Shown piece by piece: positions 15,101 through 26,097 of a DNA stretch of 64,000 nt. How positions within the stretch are numbered: position 1 is the first letter of the stretch; every line of letters starts with the position of its first letter. A program made the position numbers and the translations under genes. The DNA comes from Antedon mediterranea (lineage: Eukaryota; Animalia; Echinodermata): NCBI RefSeq assembly GCF_964355755.1, contig NC_092670.1, forward strand, positions 11,270,795-11,334,794, written 5' to 3'. The notes below the pieces were generated by a model that saw only the letters and a program-made list of their open reading frames with translations, was not told the origin of the DNA and ran no database searches.

Positions 15101-15499
15101 TTTCATTTAAAATTGTGTTGATGGTTGGCTATGGTATGAAAGGAGAGAAGCTGAGGAAGACCGCAGAGTTCTCCTGGGTGAGTATTTAAAAAAGATGCGA
15201 CAAGAAAATATGATGCGTGCAAAGACAAGATACTTTATTTTCGAAAATTACCTATCTTGTTGAAGTGTGGAGATGAAAACATTGATGATTTCTTGAGTGA
15301 GATTTGCGATAAGATTTTCTGACGGCTGTTTGTTTGTGAAATTGTCTAGATGACGACGTGTCTCTAAACACCATGCCAGAGCCTTATCTCCAGGAGTCAT
15401 CACATACTGTTCTGGAGTTGACGCAAGATTTGCTTCTTCATGTTGTAGTTCCAAGCTGGGAACTACCAATACTTTTACATGATTGCTTTTTGCAGTCAT
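153..15499 (-). CDS. DNHD1: Dynein heavy chain domain-containing protein 1 (DNHD1)-like, 5' part; multi-exon, continues beyond the left edge
   Basis: Phase-compatible exons on the minus strand: 15499-15252 (MTAKSNH...), 14699-14621, 13402-13301, 12246-12109, 11544-11457, 11036-10969, 10314-10201, 9452-9303, 8907-8735, 8274-8116, 7517-7434, 6999-6907, 5914-5834, 4272-~4100, 3727-3562, further exon(s) ~3240-2709, 2131-1957, 1022-804, 275-153. The joined peptide ...FVYLNKAETRHFRPYDLVVVPKHKANPEEHWIISCFGIMH...WHREAVLWSALTKIPFFKYFIMRKIFLTWR...PTFGSALLHVSRLLQELHTIEFLP...RCYTL matches the remembered DNHD1 N-terminal region (YLN...FRPY.L.VVP..KVNPEHYIFS.FGILH...IPFFKY...LLHISRLLQELH). Confidence 0.85.
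338..508. mobile_element. Harbinger-type MITE family A (AGCTCTGTCTACACTATCAAACT...)
   Basis: TIR ...CACACTATCAAA / TTTGATAGTGTAGAC..AGAGCT with TAA flanks. Further copies at 4967-5034, 7609-7737, 11638-11795, 49801-49903 and 59697-59836. Confidence 0.72.
1150..1635. repeat. ~118-bp tandem repeat, about 3.5 copies, in a DNHD1 intron
   Basis: Unit TCCTAGTTTTAGAAACAATTGTGGATCTAGATCTATAAAAGCAATCATCTAGATAAATGACAGAATTGAAGTAATCACCACCCGTATGTAGTAACTTTCCACATAC... starts at ~1235, 1350, 1465 and 1581. Confidence 0.9.
5078..5711. mobile_element. Kolobok-like (TTAA-flanked) non-autonomous element
   Basis: TTAAAGACCCCTTCCCTG ... TAGGGAATGGGGCTTTAA termini. Confidence 0.6.
6186..6766 (-). mobile_element. 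Helentron/DINE-1-like element (HINE), third family, in a DNHD1 intron
   Basis: On the minus strand: 5' TTACCTCCACCAAGAAGGTT subTIR, (GT/GTCT) microsatellite, 3' GGTGGAGGT subTIR, GTACTCTCGGAGTAC hairpin and CTAGTT end. It contains a tRNA-SINE-like fragment at ~6332-6400. Confidence 0.72.
7609..7737. mobile_element. MITE family A copy
   Basis: AGCTATGTCTACACTATCA...GTGATATGCCAATATATGG...ACTAGTTTGATAGTGTAG. Confidence 0.68.
9985..10172 (+). mobile_element. SINE remnant with a Nin/Deu-type central domain
   Basis: AAGGACTATAAAC...GTCCAGTGT...GCACTTTAAGAACC...GAGTAGGGG core and a (TAA)n tail. Confidence 0.45.
10354..10546. mobile_element. Tc1/pogo-type MITE (related remnant at ~1785-1920)
   Basis: TACAGTTAATTCTTCCAATACCAAAC ... 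GTCCAGTATCAGGAGAGTTGACTGTTA; CAGT/ACTG termini with a TA flank. Confidence 0.5.
11638..11795. mobile_element. MITE family A copy
   Basis: AGCTCTGCCTATACTATCAAACTAGTTTGACAAAAAAAGTGTGATGTGCCCAAAT... Confidence 0.68.
12317..12509. mobile_element. hAT-like MITE
   Basis: CAGTGGCGTA ... TACGCCACTG TIR; flanking 8-mers CTGACAAT and CTAACATT (degenerate 8-bp TSD). Confidence 0.65.
13907..14420. mobile_element. Kolobok-like (TTAA-flanked) non-autonomous element
   Basis: TTAAAGATGTATTGTCCCTTTGA ... TCAAAGGACAATCTTTAA termini. Confidence 0.55.
14900..15190 (-). mobile_element. 3' end fragment of an L2/CR1-type LINE
   Basis: Minus-strand translation YSPRRTLRSSSASLL...SFIWAAATLQNSLPINIPQANTTTTFKQLLKTHLF is typical of the RT ORF2 C-terminus. 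Confidence 0.6.
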
Positions 15500-16009
15500 T
15501 TTTTCCTATTTAAGGTCCCTGAAAATAAACGAGATCAAAAAGGTATCAAAACATACCTAGAAATTAGAATAGAAAGGCCTAGGCCCTAGCCTAGCTAGCC
15601 TAGTAGTAGTAGTAGTATAGTAGTGGGGTCTAGTCTAGCCTCTAGACTAGGCCTATAAATATCATTCTGTCTCGGTTCATTTATATTATTAATTATAATA
15701 AGCCCCTACCTTATTAGAGGCCTTTCTCTACTACTAGGCCTAGCCTGCAACAACACGGTTCAGGCAGTCTAGCTAGGCTAGAGGCCCGGTCTCTATATCT
15801 AGGCCTAGCTAGCCTAGCAAGACGCCTGGCCCTGGGCCTACTAGCCTAGTACTAGGCCTAGGCTAGGCCTAGCTAGCCTATAGGCCTAGTAGTTAGGGCC
15901 TACTAGCCTAGCCTACTAGACTCTAGATAGAGGCCTGCATGATTAACAGTAGTAGCCAAATAATAGAATATCATTAAATTATTACTACCAATTTAAGACA
16001 ACATACCCG

Positions 16010-16900
16010 TAACATATCTACATCATTTTGTATCTGCTTTAAAGGTTTTTATTGCAGTTTAACCACCAATTTGCTGTAATTATCAACACGTACTGGAGGA
16101 CGTGTGTGTGATTTGTTGTCTGTTGTCATGTAGTATGCTGATGATATCGATGATGAAGGAAGGCTATTGACTAAATTCAGCAATGAAAAGGGTTCTAAAA
16201 ACAAGTGTATTTTATTGGCATTTTGGGATGTTACTCTTTTCTCGTCTTCGCGCGCATTATTACTATTTTTTTATTTCTCGTGTTAAAAAAGAATTTCTTA
16301 GGGATTAATTTATTAATACTGACCGTCGTACTCAATTTCATATTTATGTCTTTTTTTTGCCGCGACTCAGTATCAGGACAAAATCGGACAACGGAAAATG
16401 TTTAGTATTTTTATAGTGTTTGTGAATAATATCAAAATAGCCTAATGCAATTTGTTTATATTTAAATATATTATATTCTATATCATAAAGCCCCACCACT
16501 CCTCGACCACCAGGGTGGTATATTATTAAATCCTATTGTGATGATTGATGTATTGACCATCCACCATAAATGATAACAAACGGATGATTCCGAACAAACC
16601 GGACTTCAACCCGTGTAGAACAATTGACCAACGCACAATGTTTGACCAATGCACAATGTTCCAATAGAAACACTCGACCATTTTTATGTTAATGATAGCT
16701 TGTATTCGTGAGTTAACAAATACCATCGGCATCAGTCCATGGAGGTCATCCATGATCAGTGTATCCCAGTCTATCCACCTGGCGAATTGCTGTTAATCGT
16801 GTTATCACGTAGGTATAGGCCTAGTAGTTTCTTAGATAAATGTGTTATTATTACTTCATTCAAATCATCTACTATTCTTATACTTCTCTAGGCGCCGAGG
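16010..16900. promoter_or_regulatory. Probable shared divergent promoter region of DNHD1-like (-) and ASNS copy 1 (+)
   Basis: Head-to-head genes with start codons 1.76 kb apart. Candidate non-coding first-exon donors lie at ~16007 (minus, GTATG) and ~16813 (plus, GTATAG). TSS positions are inferred only. Confidence 0.4.
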
Positions 16901-17009
16901 AATTCTCTTATTTCAAAACCTGGATCTTGAGAACTGAGAAGGTTTCGAATTCGTATGCCACCAAGAGGCCTAAGTGTGGCGAGAGTTCTTTTGTAGACGC
17001 ATTTCTTAC

Positions 17010-17162
17010 GCTTGGTTCCCACTAGAGTGTCGCAGGCATAGACGCAAGGAATTGCCACCAATCACAAGCGACAATTCAAATAATTCATCTTTGATTGGTC
17101 AAATCATTTACGTTGCGTAATGTACAGTACTTGCGTTGCGTATGTAGTGGCGGGAACCAAAC
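17010..17162. mobile_element. Harbinger-type MITE family B (GCTTGGTTCCCACTAG...) just upstream of the ASNS copy 1 ATG
   Basis: TIR GCTTGGTTCCCACTAG / TAGTGGCGGGAACCAA with a central CCAATCACAAGCG...GATTGG palindrome. Relatives at ~11100-11243, 24870-24990, 31540-31633, 31798-32146, 32709-32853 and 49666-49742. Confidence 0.65.
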
Positions 17163-17259
17163 ATTAGAGTTACTGTGCAATAGCATTGTGTACTAATTAC
17201 GGATTCATTGCTAAAACTATTGACTGTTTTGTTTGTATCTTTAATGAAGTTACGTCATA

Positions 17260-20200
17260 ATGTGTGGAATTTGGGGAATATTCGGAAGTGATGTGGATCT
17301 GCAGACGTATTTCCAGAAAGCGTACTCATTACGTCATCGAGGTCCTGATTCATTTTCTCTGAAAAATATTGAGCAATTCACCAATTGTTTACTGTGCTTC
17401 CATCGGTTGGCGATTACTGACAAAAGTGGACTTGGAAATCAACCAATGATGATCAAGGATTTTCCGCACATTATTATAATGTGCAATGGTGAAATTTACA
17501 ATTTTAAAAAGGTATGTTATAAATTGTTATACCTAAACACATCCTACATGCGATCCTTTTTGATGCTGAACATTTTTAAATTGTGTCGTCGATAATTACG
17601 TATATTATTCATTAGATGAATGAAATATCTTATAATTCTTTCTAACAACTCCATGATAAAACAAATAATTAATAATTACTAATACGGGTTTTTCTCGGGG
17701 TTTTTTTCAGTTACGTTACCAGTATAATTTCAACTTTACTAGCGATTGTGATTGTGAAATCCTTATTCACTTGTATGCCCATGGCGGAATAGATTTTATG
17801 GTCAAAATGCTCGATGGAGTGTATGCATTCTGTGTCATTGATACTAAAGCTAAGAAGGTAAAGCCACTAACACTCTACTACTCCTTCCACTTCAACTATT
17901 AGGACTTCCACTCTACAGTAGGTCTATTCTACTAATACTTCCACTACTACAGCCACTCCAAGTAACACCATGTACTAGTTCTCAAGTCAATCATAATCTT
18001 CAAGGTAAAAATGTACTATTCCAAATGTTGGTTTTCTTTGTTTATAGATGTACATCGGACGTGACACTATTGGAGTCCGCCCAATGTTTCGTTTGTATCA
18101 AGAACAGCAAGGTTTCCTTGCCTTCTCATCGGAAGGGAAAGGAATAATAGGCCTAGATCTTAATAGTATTGATAAAGCAACAGAAATCACACCTCTTCTA
18201 CCTGGAATATACGAAGAGTATGATCTGGGAGTTAATGGAAAAGCTTCATTTGTAACGGAAGAGAAATTCCATGCAATTGAGAAAATCCCAAAATGGGTAT
18301 TCGACACTTCATGCCCAATGCCTACAGGTAAGCTCTTTTAAATTGATTATTGATATATTAATTAATTTAAGTAATTTATTATGAATTGAAATTTAATGTT
18401 AATGTAACGATATAATTATATCAATTAACTATTTTTAGGAGACGATCATGCTGCTAACGTTCGACTTCTGTTTACCGAGGCTGTAAGAAAGAGATTTATG
18501 GCAAAGAGGAGGATAGGTTGCTTTTTATCAGGTGAAAGTCTAATTTTCTATAGGCCTACTTTACTTTAGATCTACTATATTTTTGTTATTTTCAGTGCTT
18601 ATATCAATATTAACTACACTAAGTACTACAATAAGTACTATTGATAAGCACTGAAAATATTCATAACAAATGCAATACAATTCGAAAATGCATTCCTCTT
18701 TTTTTCATACCATCCATCTTATCTTGGTGAAAAGGGAGGATACTACATTTTCCTCCCCTGAGTTTATAGCCTCTCTACTCGAACACAAACTCGAACACAA
18801 ATAAGATCACAAATAAGATAGTTTAACAAGACAATTTTAATCATGTATTTTACCGCCATTTTTCATTTCTACATTTTAATTAACATCGTATCTAAAATTT
18901 TAAATGAGAAAATATATGGTTAATATAATGAATTCTGGCATCTTATTATGTAAATATACCGGTATTTTAACTACTCTAAACACTTACTTTTAATTGTCAC
19001 AAATGTACTTATATGTATATAATATATTCATCAATGAGAATTTAAATAAACGTGAGAAGAACTCACACAAGACAAAAAAACAATTCGAAAATGATAGTGT
19101 AATGTAAATATGTTAACGTTGTTCTTCTTAATGTCAGGTGGTTTGGATTCAAGCTTGGTATCTGCGTTAGCAGCAAAATTCGCCAAAGAAAATGGAGTAG
19201 AGTATGCGTTGCAGACGTTTTCGGTTGGCTTGGAAGGAAGTACAGACATTGCGGCTGCCCGCAAAGTGGCAATACATATTGGCAGTGAACATCATGAGAT
19301 TGTCTTTACTTCAGAAGAAGGCATCGGAATTATTGAAGACGTGATATATTCCTTGGAATCTTATGATATTATTACTATACGTGCATCTATTGGTAAACAT
19401 TTTTATAATCTGTATGGAAACAAGGGCCGTCGACACTTTAATTAGGCCTATATCCCCTGCTTAGACTAAACTTGTTGTGGTTGATGCTCTTGGCTGGGAA
19501 CTCCTTGCTGAAAGGGGAGCCGTCAGGGGCTGGCGGGTCGTGCATGGTTCGTGTGCCTGGGTCTAATCAAACGATAAATACCATTAGCATTCATTTAGAT
19601 GTATTATAATAATATATCCTTCTTCTGAAACTATTTATTGATGGAATTAATAGGAACATCAATTTAGTATTAAATGTTCTGTAAATTGCATTCAGGTTGA
19701 AACCTTTTTTCTTACTGGACGTCTGAGGCAGAAATCGTGAATAGGCTAATTCATATCAATGCTTATGGCATATTCTCCCACACAAATTATTATTTCTCTT
19801 TATGAATCTTTTTTCTTAAAGACCCACACAGAAAATGACGGTGAGATGGTCAGATTAAATGCAATTTTTACTGCAGTAGGCCTACAATATTCTAAAAATT
19901 GATAAAGCAAAAAATGGGAAGTGAAAGAACCCTTCGGAAATGCAAATATAAAAAGTTTTCTTGAGTAAACTTCGGTAGTAGACCCGGCAGTATTTTTTTT
20001 TTCGTACATAAGTTGGGGACCCCTCATGAAACGTCACAAAATAAACATGAATAATTCATCAGCGGAGATAGGCCTAGAATCGTATCTCAGTTGTGTAATC
20101 ACCTTCTTGTTGCTATACGCTTGGGTGCACACGGAGTAAGACAATTTAACTGATGAATTATTCATGTTTATTTTGTGACGTTTCATGAGGGGTCCCCAAC

Positions 20201-23200
20201 TTATGTACGAAAAAAAAAATCGCGACCCGGCAACCCCTAAAAAGTTCTGTAAAAAGATTCATGTCAATTATTCATTGTGTTTATATTATTTTAGCAATGT
20301 ACTTAGTTGCAAAGTACATCAAAGAGAAGACAGACACAGTTGTAGTATACGCTGGTGAAGGTGCTGACGAACTTTTCCAAGGATATCTTAATTTTCATAT
20401 CGCTCCAAGCCCAGAAGAAGCAGACCAAGAGAGCCGTCGCCTACTTAACGATTTGTACTTGTATGATGTTCTAAGAAGTGACCGAATAACAGCAGCTCAC
20501 GGGTTAGAATGGTTTAAGATTGAAATATTTACAATGTCTGCAAAATTAAAACTTAATTACTTCCAATATGGTTTTGTTAAAAGTTGTTAGCATTAATAAT
20601 AATAGATAATATTCATTCATCCATTTCCAGATACAAATAATATAATATGACAGAGATCTACGATTGAAAAACAAACAAAACAAGCACGAATGTGCAATAC
20701 TCGGGGTACAGCGAAAGTAGCTGTAATGACGTCATAAGACCGGATGTAACGTCACATACACATCAATAACCGCGCTACCAAATACGGCTATACGGTACCA
20801 TCTTCGAGACGTGATATGGCTGCATCCGGTTTGAAATTAAAAATCCGGCTCTATAGCTTTGAGGACATGTCCCTGTAGTATATTCATGCTAAATCTGAGC
20901 TCAATACTACCACGAATAAGGGAGGAGTAGTACTTTATAAATCGCACTTTTTGCTCAATAGTGTCCAGATGGAAGAAGAAGAGGAAAAGATTAGAGAGTC
21001 CTAGACTCAGGTACCCCGAGTAATAAAATGAGATATATATACTCTATATCATATTACGTATACAGTATATTTCACCATAAAGTTTAAGCAAAATGGTCTC
21101 GCCATGAGGGCTCGAACCGGGGACCTTCTGCGCGTTAAGCAGACTTGATAACCACTACACTACGAAACCTCTTACACCAAAAATGTGGGTTACACAAAGT
21201 TTTTTAATCCATTTAAATTACAAATAAATTATTATGGTAATAAGCACAAAGCAAGATAAACATGTGTAAAAGTGATAATTACCGATTACACAAAATAAAT
21301 ATTTTAAACAAGCACGAATGTGCAATACTCGGGGTACAGCGAAAGAAGCTGTATACAGACGTATAAAGTTAGAAAGTTAAAGAAAAATAGGTTTCGCCAG
21401 GGCTCGAACCGGGACCTTCTGCGTGTTAAGCAGACTTGACAACCACTACACTACGAAACCTCTTACATTGAAATTGTGGGTTACAGAAAGTTTTTTAATC
21501 CATTTAAATTACAAATAAATGGTAATAAGCACAAAGCAAAATAAACATGTGTAAAAGTGATAATTACCGATTACACAAAATAAGTATTTAAAAAAAAAAT
21601 AATAAGATATACTGTGTATAATTATCATATTGCGTATACAGTACTTTTCACCATAAAGTTTAAAAAAAAAGGTTTAGGCCGGGCTCGAACCAGGTACCTT
21701 CTGCGTATTGAGCAAACGTGATAACCACTACGCCAAGAAGCCGCATATAACCATATAACTACATAACGCTGTGGTGTGTGTCACACATTGTGGATTCTTA
21801 ATTAAACAAATTAATTAACAAAAAATAATAAAAATAAAATATACTCTGTATAATTATCATATTGCGTATACAGTACTTTTCACCATAAAGTTAAAAAAAA
21901 AGGTTTCGTCCGGGCTCGAATCAGGTACCTTCTGCGTGTTAAGCAAACGTGATAACCACTACGCCAAGAATCCGCATATAACCATATAACTACATAACGC
22001 TGTGGTGTGTGTCACACATTGTGGCTTCTTAATTAAACAAATTAATTAACAAAAAATTAAAAATCCGGCTCTATAGCTTTGAGGACATGTCCCTGTAGTA
22101 TGTTCATGCCAAATCCCAGCTCAATACTATAACGAATAAGGGAGGAGTAGTACTTTAAAAATCGCACTTTTTACTCAATAGTGTCCAGATGGAGGAAGAG
22201 AAGGAGAAAATGAGTAAGTACTAGACTCGGGTACCCCGAGTAAAAATGTAATAAACTCTCACATTATCGCATGAATCATAATGCAATGTTTGTAATTTGT
22301 GATCACATTGACGATAGGTGGTGGAAATCATTAAGCATTTTTAGTCGCGTGGAAGCGACTCTATAGTTCACTATGTCGGTCGGTCGGTCTGTCTGTCTGT
22401 CTGTCTGTCGGTCTGTCTGTCGGTCTGTCTGTCTGTCGGTCCGGTATCACTATGCGTTTTATCGCTTTATGACCTTATCTTGATATCAGTTTAATCTAGC
22501 TAAGTCAATTTTTCACAGAATATTCCTTATGGCCAGGAATCGATGTGGTTATGTTTTCACGTGCGCAATAAAAAATTACGCGGTCTACGCACGATTTAAC
22601 GAAATCACGTTTGTAATCATATCTTAACAACCATGAATCACAATTAAATAAAATTTGGTACTCATAAATTTCAGGGCATAAATCATCATATGGCAATACA
22701 ATTACGTGCGTAGCGCATTTAACGCATGCGTAAATAAAATTTGGTACTCATAAATTTCAGGGCATAAATCATCATATGGCAATACAATTACGTGCGTAGC
22801 GCATTTAACGCATGCGTAAGCGCGCTTAAAATTTTCAAAATTTATTTTCGATGAAATAAGTGTACGTTTCAGGCAATTTTAAGCGTTTACAAAATTGCCA
22901 TGAGTGCGCAGAATTTTGCGCGCGCACTGCGCGTTAAATGTTATTGCGCATTCTTCTTGCCCCATTTCTGTTTTCTTGACTTACTTTTCAACTCGAAATT
23001 ACGTTATACGAGCACGTCAAAAGTGACAGGCTACGCACGTGTAAATTAAAAAATATAAATGTTTTTAAACATTTCAACATTTTTAAACATGTTCAGTAAT
23101 TTCGGTCAGTATAGTTCACTATGTCGGTCGGTCCGTCTGTCTGTCGGTCTGTCTGTCTGTCGGTCTGTTTGTCTGTCGGTCCGGTATCACTATGCATTGT

Positions 23201-24758
23201 AGCACGCGACTTAATGGCTGTTGGCCTTGTTTTTCGCGCAAATTGATAATGTTGAAGCATGCGTACTTCATCTTCATCTACTTTTTGTGACCGGAAAAAA
23301 GGCCAATCAGAACGAATCTTGCGAATATATTCGCTAATGACAACCGTAATTATAATACACAAATAGATGTTGTAGCCTAAGCGCTAACTCAATTATAGAG
23401 GATATCTTAGCCAAGGATTTTTCTTTAACGTATAATTTTTAATTTTTAAGTGAAATTTTTATTGTTGGTTCCGATTTTGTTTCGAATTGTGCAAATGCTT
23501 TATTGTTTTATTATGTACAACAATTTCTTGTTAATTCTGGAAGATTTGATTGATGTTTCTGTTTTTTGTTTTTTTTTGTTTTAAAATGTTGTATTTGTTA
23601 ATCTGAGGCGCCATAAAGCTATAGGTGGTTCCACGTTGTAAGGCGCATCTGTGTAATATACTGAATAAAAAAAATAACAATCATTTTTTCAATTCCATAT
23701 TTACAAATTGAAAGAACGCTTTAATTAGAGAATTATTTACATATTTTTCAGGCTTGAAATGCGTGTTCCATTTTTGGACCATCACCTTATATCCTACGTT
23801 CTATCCATTCCTCAACAAGAACGCGGAATTCGCTTCGGTATAGAGAAGTATCTTCTTCGCAAAGCATTTGAAAAGACTGGAATGATTCCTGATGAGATCC
23901 TATGGAGACCCAAAGAAGGATTCAGTGACGGGGTTTCTTCCACTGAAAAATCCTGGAACGTCGCGTTGAAAGAGTTTGTAGAGGATAAGGTAGGTTAAAT
24001 TGTAATGAGTGAATATAAGATGATTGCGTAAGCGCACTTAGAGAAACGAAGGATCGGAATGTTTTGATTTCGACATTTCATTGTCAGAATAAACAGTATT
24101 TTCTCCATACTATTAGGCCTAATATTCCGCGTGGCGATTATTTAGTCAGAATGATATTTTCCAATTTTACCATAAGCATAAAGTTATTTTTATTATTTAT
24201 TTATTTTTTTTTTCTTCTCTTAATTTAAATATTTTGTAAAGGCAATCCCGTCACAAGATTGTAATCTTTTTGGGATTTGCCTTCGTCCATTTTCTTGTTT
24301 TATCACTTGCCATTTTGTTTTTGTTACTTTTGTCTTTTGGACGTGAATATTAATGTTCCTTGAATTGAATTGAATTGAATTTATTTTTACGCGTACAAGA
24401 CAAATAATACTTCTGTTTTGTGCAGTCAGAAAATTGTATAAGTAAGCATACATGATACAGTAGCTTTATAGGTAGGCCTACACAGTAGGCACTCGATAAA
24501 TTATCATTTCACATAAATTAAATTCTGTAGGTTACTGAAATCATGATGAAAGAGGCACCGATACTGTACCCATTCAATACTCCGACAACAAAAGAAGCCT
24601 TCTATTACAGACAAATATTTGAACGTCGATTTGGGAACCGATCTTCGTGGATTCCTTATACTTGGTTGCCCAAGTGGACAAATATGCAAGACCCATCTGC
24701 CCGTGGGATGAAGCACTATGAAAGTGTTCAAAGCCGTGAAGACACTAATCCTCGATAG
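17260..24758 (+). CDS. ASNS: Asparagine synthetase [glutamine-hydrolysing]-like, tandem copy 1 (8 coding exons, ~566 aa)
   Basis: Exons 17260-17511, 17711-17857, 18048-18327, 18439-18531, 19138-19392, 20295-20502, 23752-23989, 24531-24758, all GT-AG and in frame (1701 nt). Motifs: MCGIWGIFG (N-terminal nucleophile Cys), [61 protein letters not shown]. Confidence 0.93.
19990..20223. mobile_element. Mutator-like MITE in ASNS copy 1 intron 5
   Basis: About 70-bp near-perfect TIRs (TTTTCGTACATAAGTTGGGGACCCCTCATGAAACGTCAC...) and a perfect 9-bp TSD GACCCGGCA at 19981-19989 and 20224-20232. Confidence 0.85.
20678..21023 (-). mobile_element. Helentron/DINE-1-like non-autonomous element (HINE), short copy
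   Basis: On the minus strand: 5' subTIR TTACTCGGGGTAC, a CT-rich simple repeat, the complementary 3' subTIR GTACCCCGAGTA, a short GCAC-ATTC-GTGC hairpin, then TTGTTT. Core 20835-21023 is repeated at 22054-22243. Confidence 0.7.
21094..21169 (-). pseudogene. tRNA-Val(AAC)-derived copy A
   Basis: Reverse complement GGTTTCGTAGTGTAGTGGTTATCAAGTCTGCTTAACGCGCAGAAGGTCCCCGGTTCGAGCCCTCATGGCGAGACCA. A and B boxes and the AAC anticodon arm are present; there is a small insertion in the 3' T/acceptor stem. Confidence 0.75.
21389..21460 (-). pseudogene. tRNA-Val(AAC)-derived copy B (least degenerate)
   Basis: Reverse complement GGTTTCGTAGTGTAGTGGTTGTCAAGTCTGCTTAACACGCAGAAGGTCCCGGTTCGAGCCCTGGCGAAACCT, followed by a T5 run. 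The acceptor stem and TCTGC/GCAGA anticodon stem are intact; there is a 1-nt deletion near the T stem. Confidence 0.75.
21670..21742 (-). pseudogene. tRNA-Val-derived copy C (degenerate)
   Basis: Aligns to copies A and B (GTAGTGGTTATCACG...GCAGAAGGT...GGTTCGAGCCCGG). The anticodon loop is mutated; a T-run follows. Confidence 0.65.
21901..21973 (-). pseudogene. tRNA-Val(AAC)-derived copy D (degenerate)
   Basis: Near-duplicate of copy C within a ~231-bp unit. It retains the TTAACAC anticodon loop; the B box is mutated. Confidence 0.65.
22338..23234 (+). mobile_element. Helentron/DINE-1-like element (HINE), second family
   Basis: 5' TTTTTAGTCGCGTG subTIR, (GTCT/GTCG)n microsatellite, a duplicated core block (22362-22456 and 23110-23195), an internal 86-bp tandem duplication (22646-22817), 3' CACGCGACT subTIR, a GGCTGTTGGCC hairpin and TTGTTTTT. 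Confidence 0.75.
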
Positions 24759-25300
24759 GTATTAGGCCTAAGCTATCATATGCAGATTGAAAAAAGGACC
24801 GGTAAACTCGATATAGGAGCAAACTAGGTTTTGAAAACGTTAGCTGGGTTTATATTTACGGGCAGCTAGTTTAGTGGTTAATGACAACGCAAGGACGTAA
24901 GCGCAACGCAAGGAATTTGACCAATTACAAAGCGATGGATCATCCGAACTTTCGCTTGCAATTGGTCAACTTGCGTTGCGTATTTGCGTCTAAGTTAACC
25001 AACTTTAAGGAGACAATGAGTAATATTACTTATAGGCTGTCAGTTCTCGGTTTTATGTGTGAGTTGTTCTTTTGAAATGAAGTTGAGTGAAACTACTGCA
25101 AAGGTAAAGAATTCCATGTTGTAATGATGCAAATGTAAAACAAAGACTCTACTAAAGGTATTAACGCTCAGGTACAGATATGGATTTTATATGCAATATC
25201 TGGTTAAATATAAATAAAACAAATATTGAACTGAAATAACGACGAAAAACACAAAAGTTTGCAAAATCCTGCAACATATAAAAGCCAGACAGACTTTTTC

Positions 25301-25367
<67 letters not shown>
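25301..25367. repeat. (TAG)n microsatellite
   Basis: About 22 perfect AGT units. Confidence 0.95.
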
Positions 25368-25902
25368 TCCGGTGACTCTAGAAAATACAAAAAAAAGAGT
25401 TACTGAGTAGGCCTATAGGCCTACAGTGGATAATTTTGGTATAGCACGAAAATAAAAATCTAGTTGAATAAAATAACCAGAAATGTAAAATTCAAGTTAT
25501 ATGCCTATTACCTATTTCATCTGATAATATTTGTTACTACCGTTTATTTTTCCTAATTTTTTTAAAATGTCTCCCTATTTACAACATTTCTATACAAAAG
25601 AATAGGGATTTTACTGTGTAATTTGAACTATCTCCCACTTAAATAAGAAAATGCTTACAAAATCGTGTAGCACATGTTAAAACTCTTAAAAAAGTATGAA
25701 ACATAGGGGAAATTAGGAGGCCTATATCGATAATAACGACATAATGATAATGACATTTTTCAAAACCATGGCTAATCGTGTCATTCTTTTGCTGTGCTAA
25801 TCTTCAATAGAAGAAATTGACAATTTAATGACGTGTTCCCATACAAAACCATCCTTTAAAATATTGAATAAATATCTGACAATACAATTTGAGTCACCCT
25901 GC

Positions 25903-26097
25903 TAACAAATATAGAAAGACAGAAGCAGTGCACAAACACATGCGATCAACCACATGCCTCTCGCCATCCAGGCGGAGGTAATACTGTAATAACATATACA
26001 TGGCTGCAGTTGCGTGCTCAAATTTGAGTTAGTGTTTACCGACCGACCAACATAGTGAGCAGCTGTAGAGTCGCGTTTGCACGACGCCACTAAAAAA
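25903..26097 (-). mobile_element. Degenerate 5' fragment of the 22338-23234 HINE family
   Basis: GACCGACCAACATAGTGAGC...TAGAGTCGC...CACTAAAAA is the reverse complement of the TTTTTAGTCGCG...GCGACTCTATAGTTCACTATGTCGGTCGGTC end. Confidence 0.5.

Larger units (their letters stand above)
21306..22243 (-). mobile_element. HINE copy carrying three internal tRNA-Val-derived tandem units
   Basis: Same termini as 20678-21023 (AAACAAGCACGAATGTGCAATACTCGGGGTAC ... CTAGACTCGGGTACCCCGAGTAA). The interior is replaced by 230-290-bp units, each containing a tRNA-Val-like sequence. Confidence 0.7.

Noticed and set aside
21094-21973. Functional tRNA-Val gene cluster
   Set aside because: Every copy has indels or mismatches in the T stem, acceptor stem or boxes and lies in or next to a mobile element, so they are called pseudogenes.
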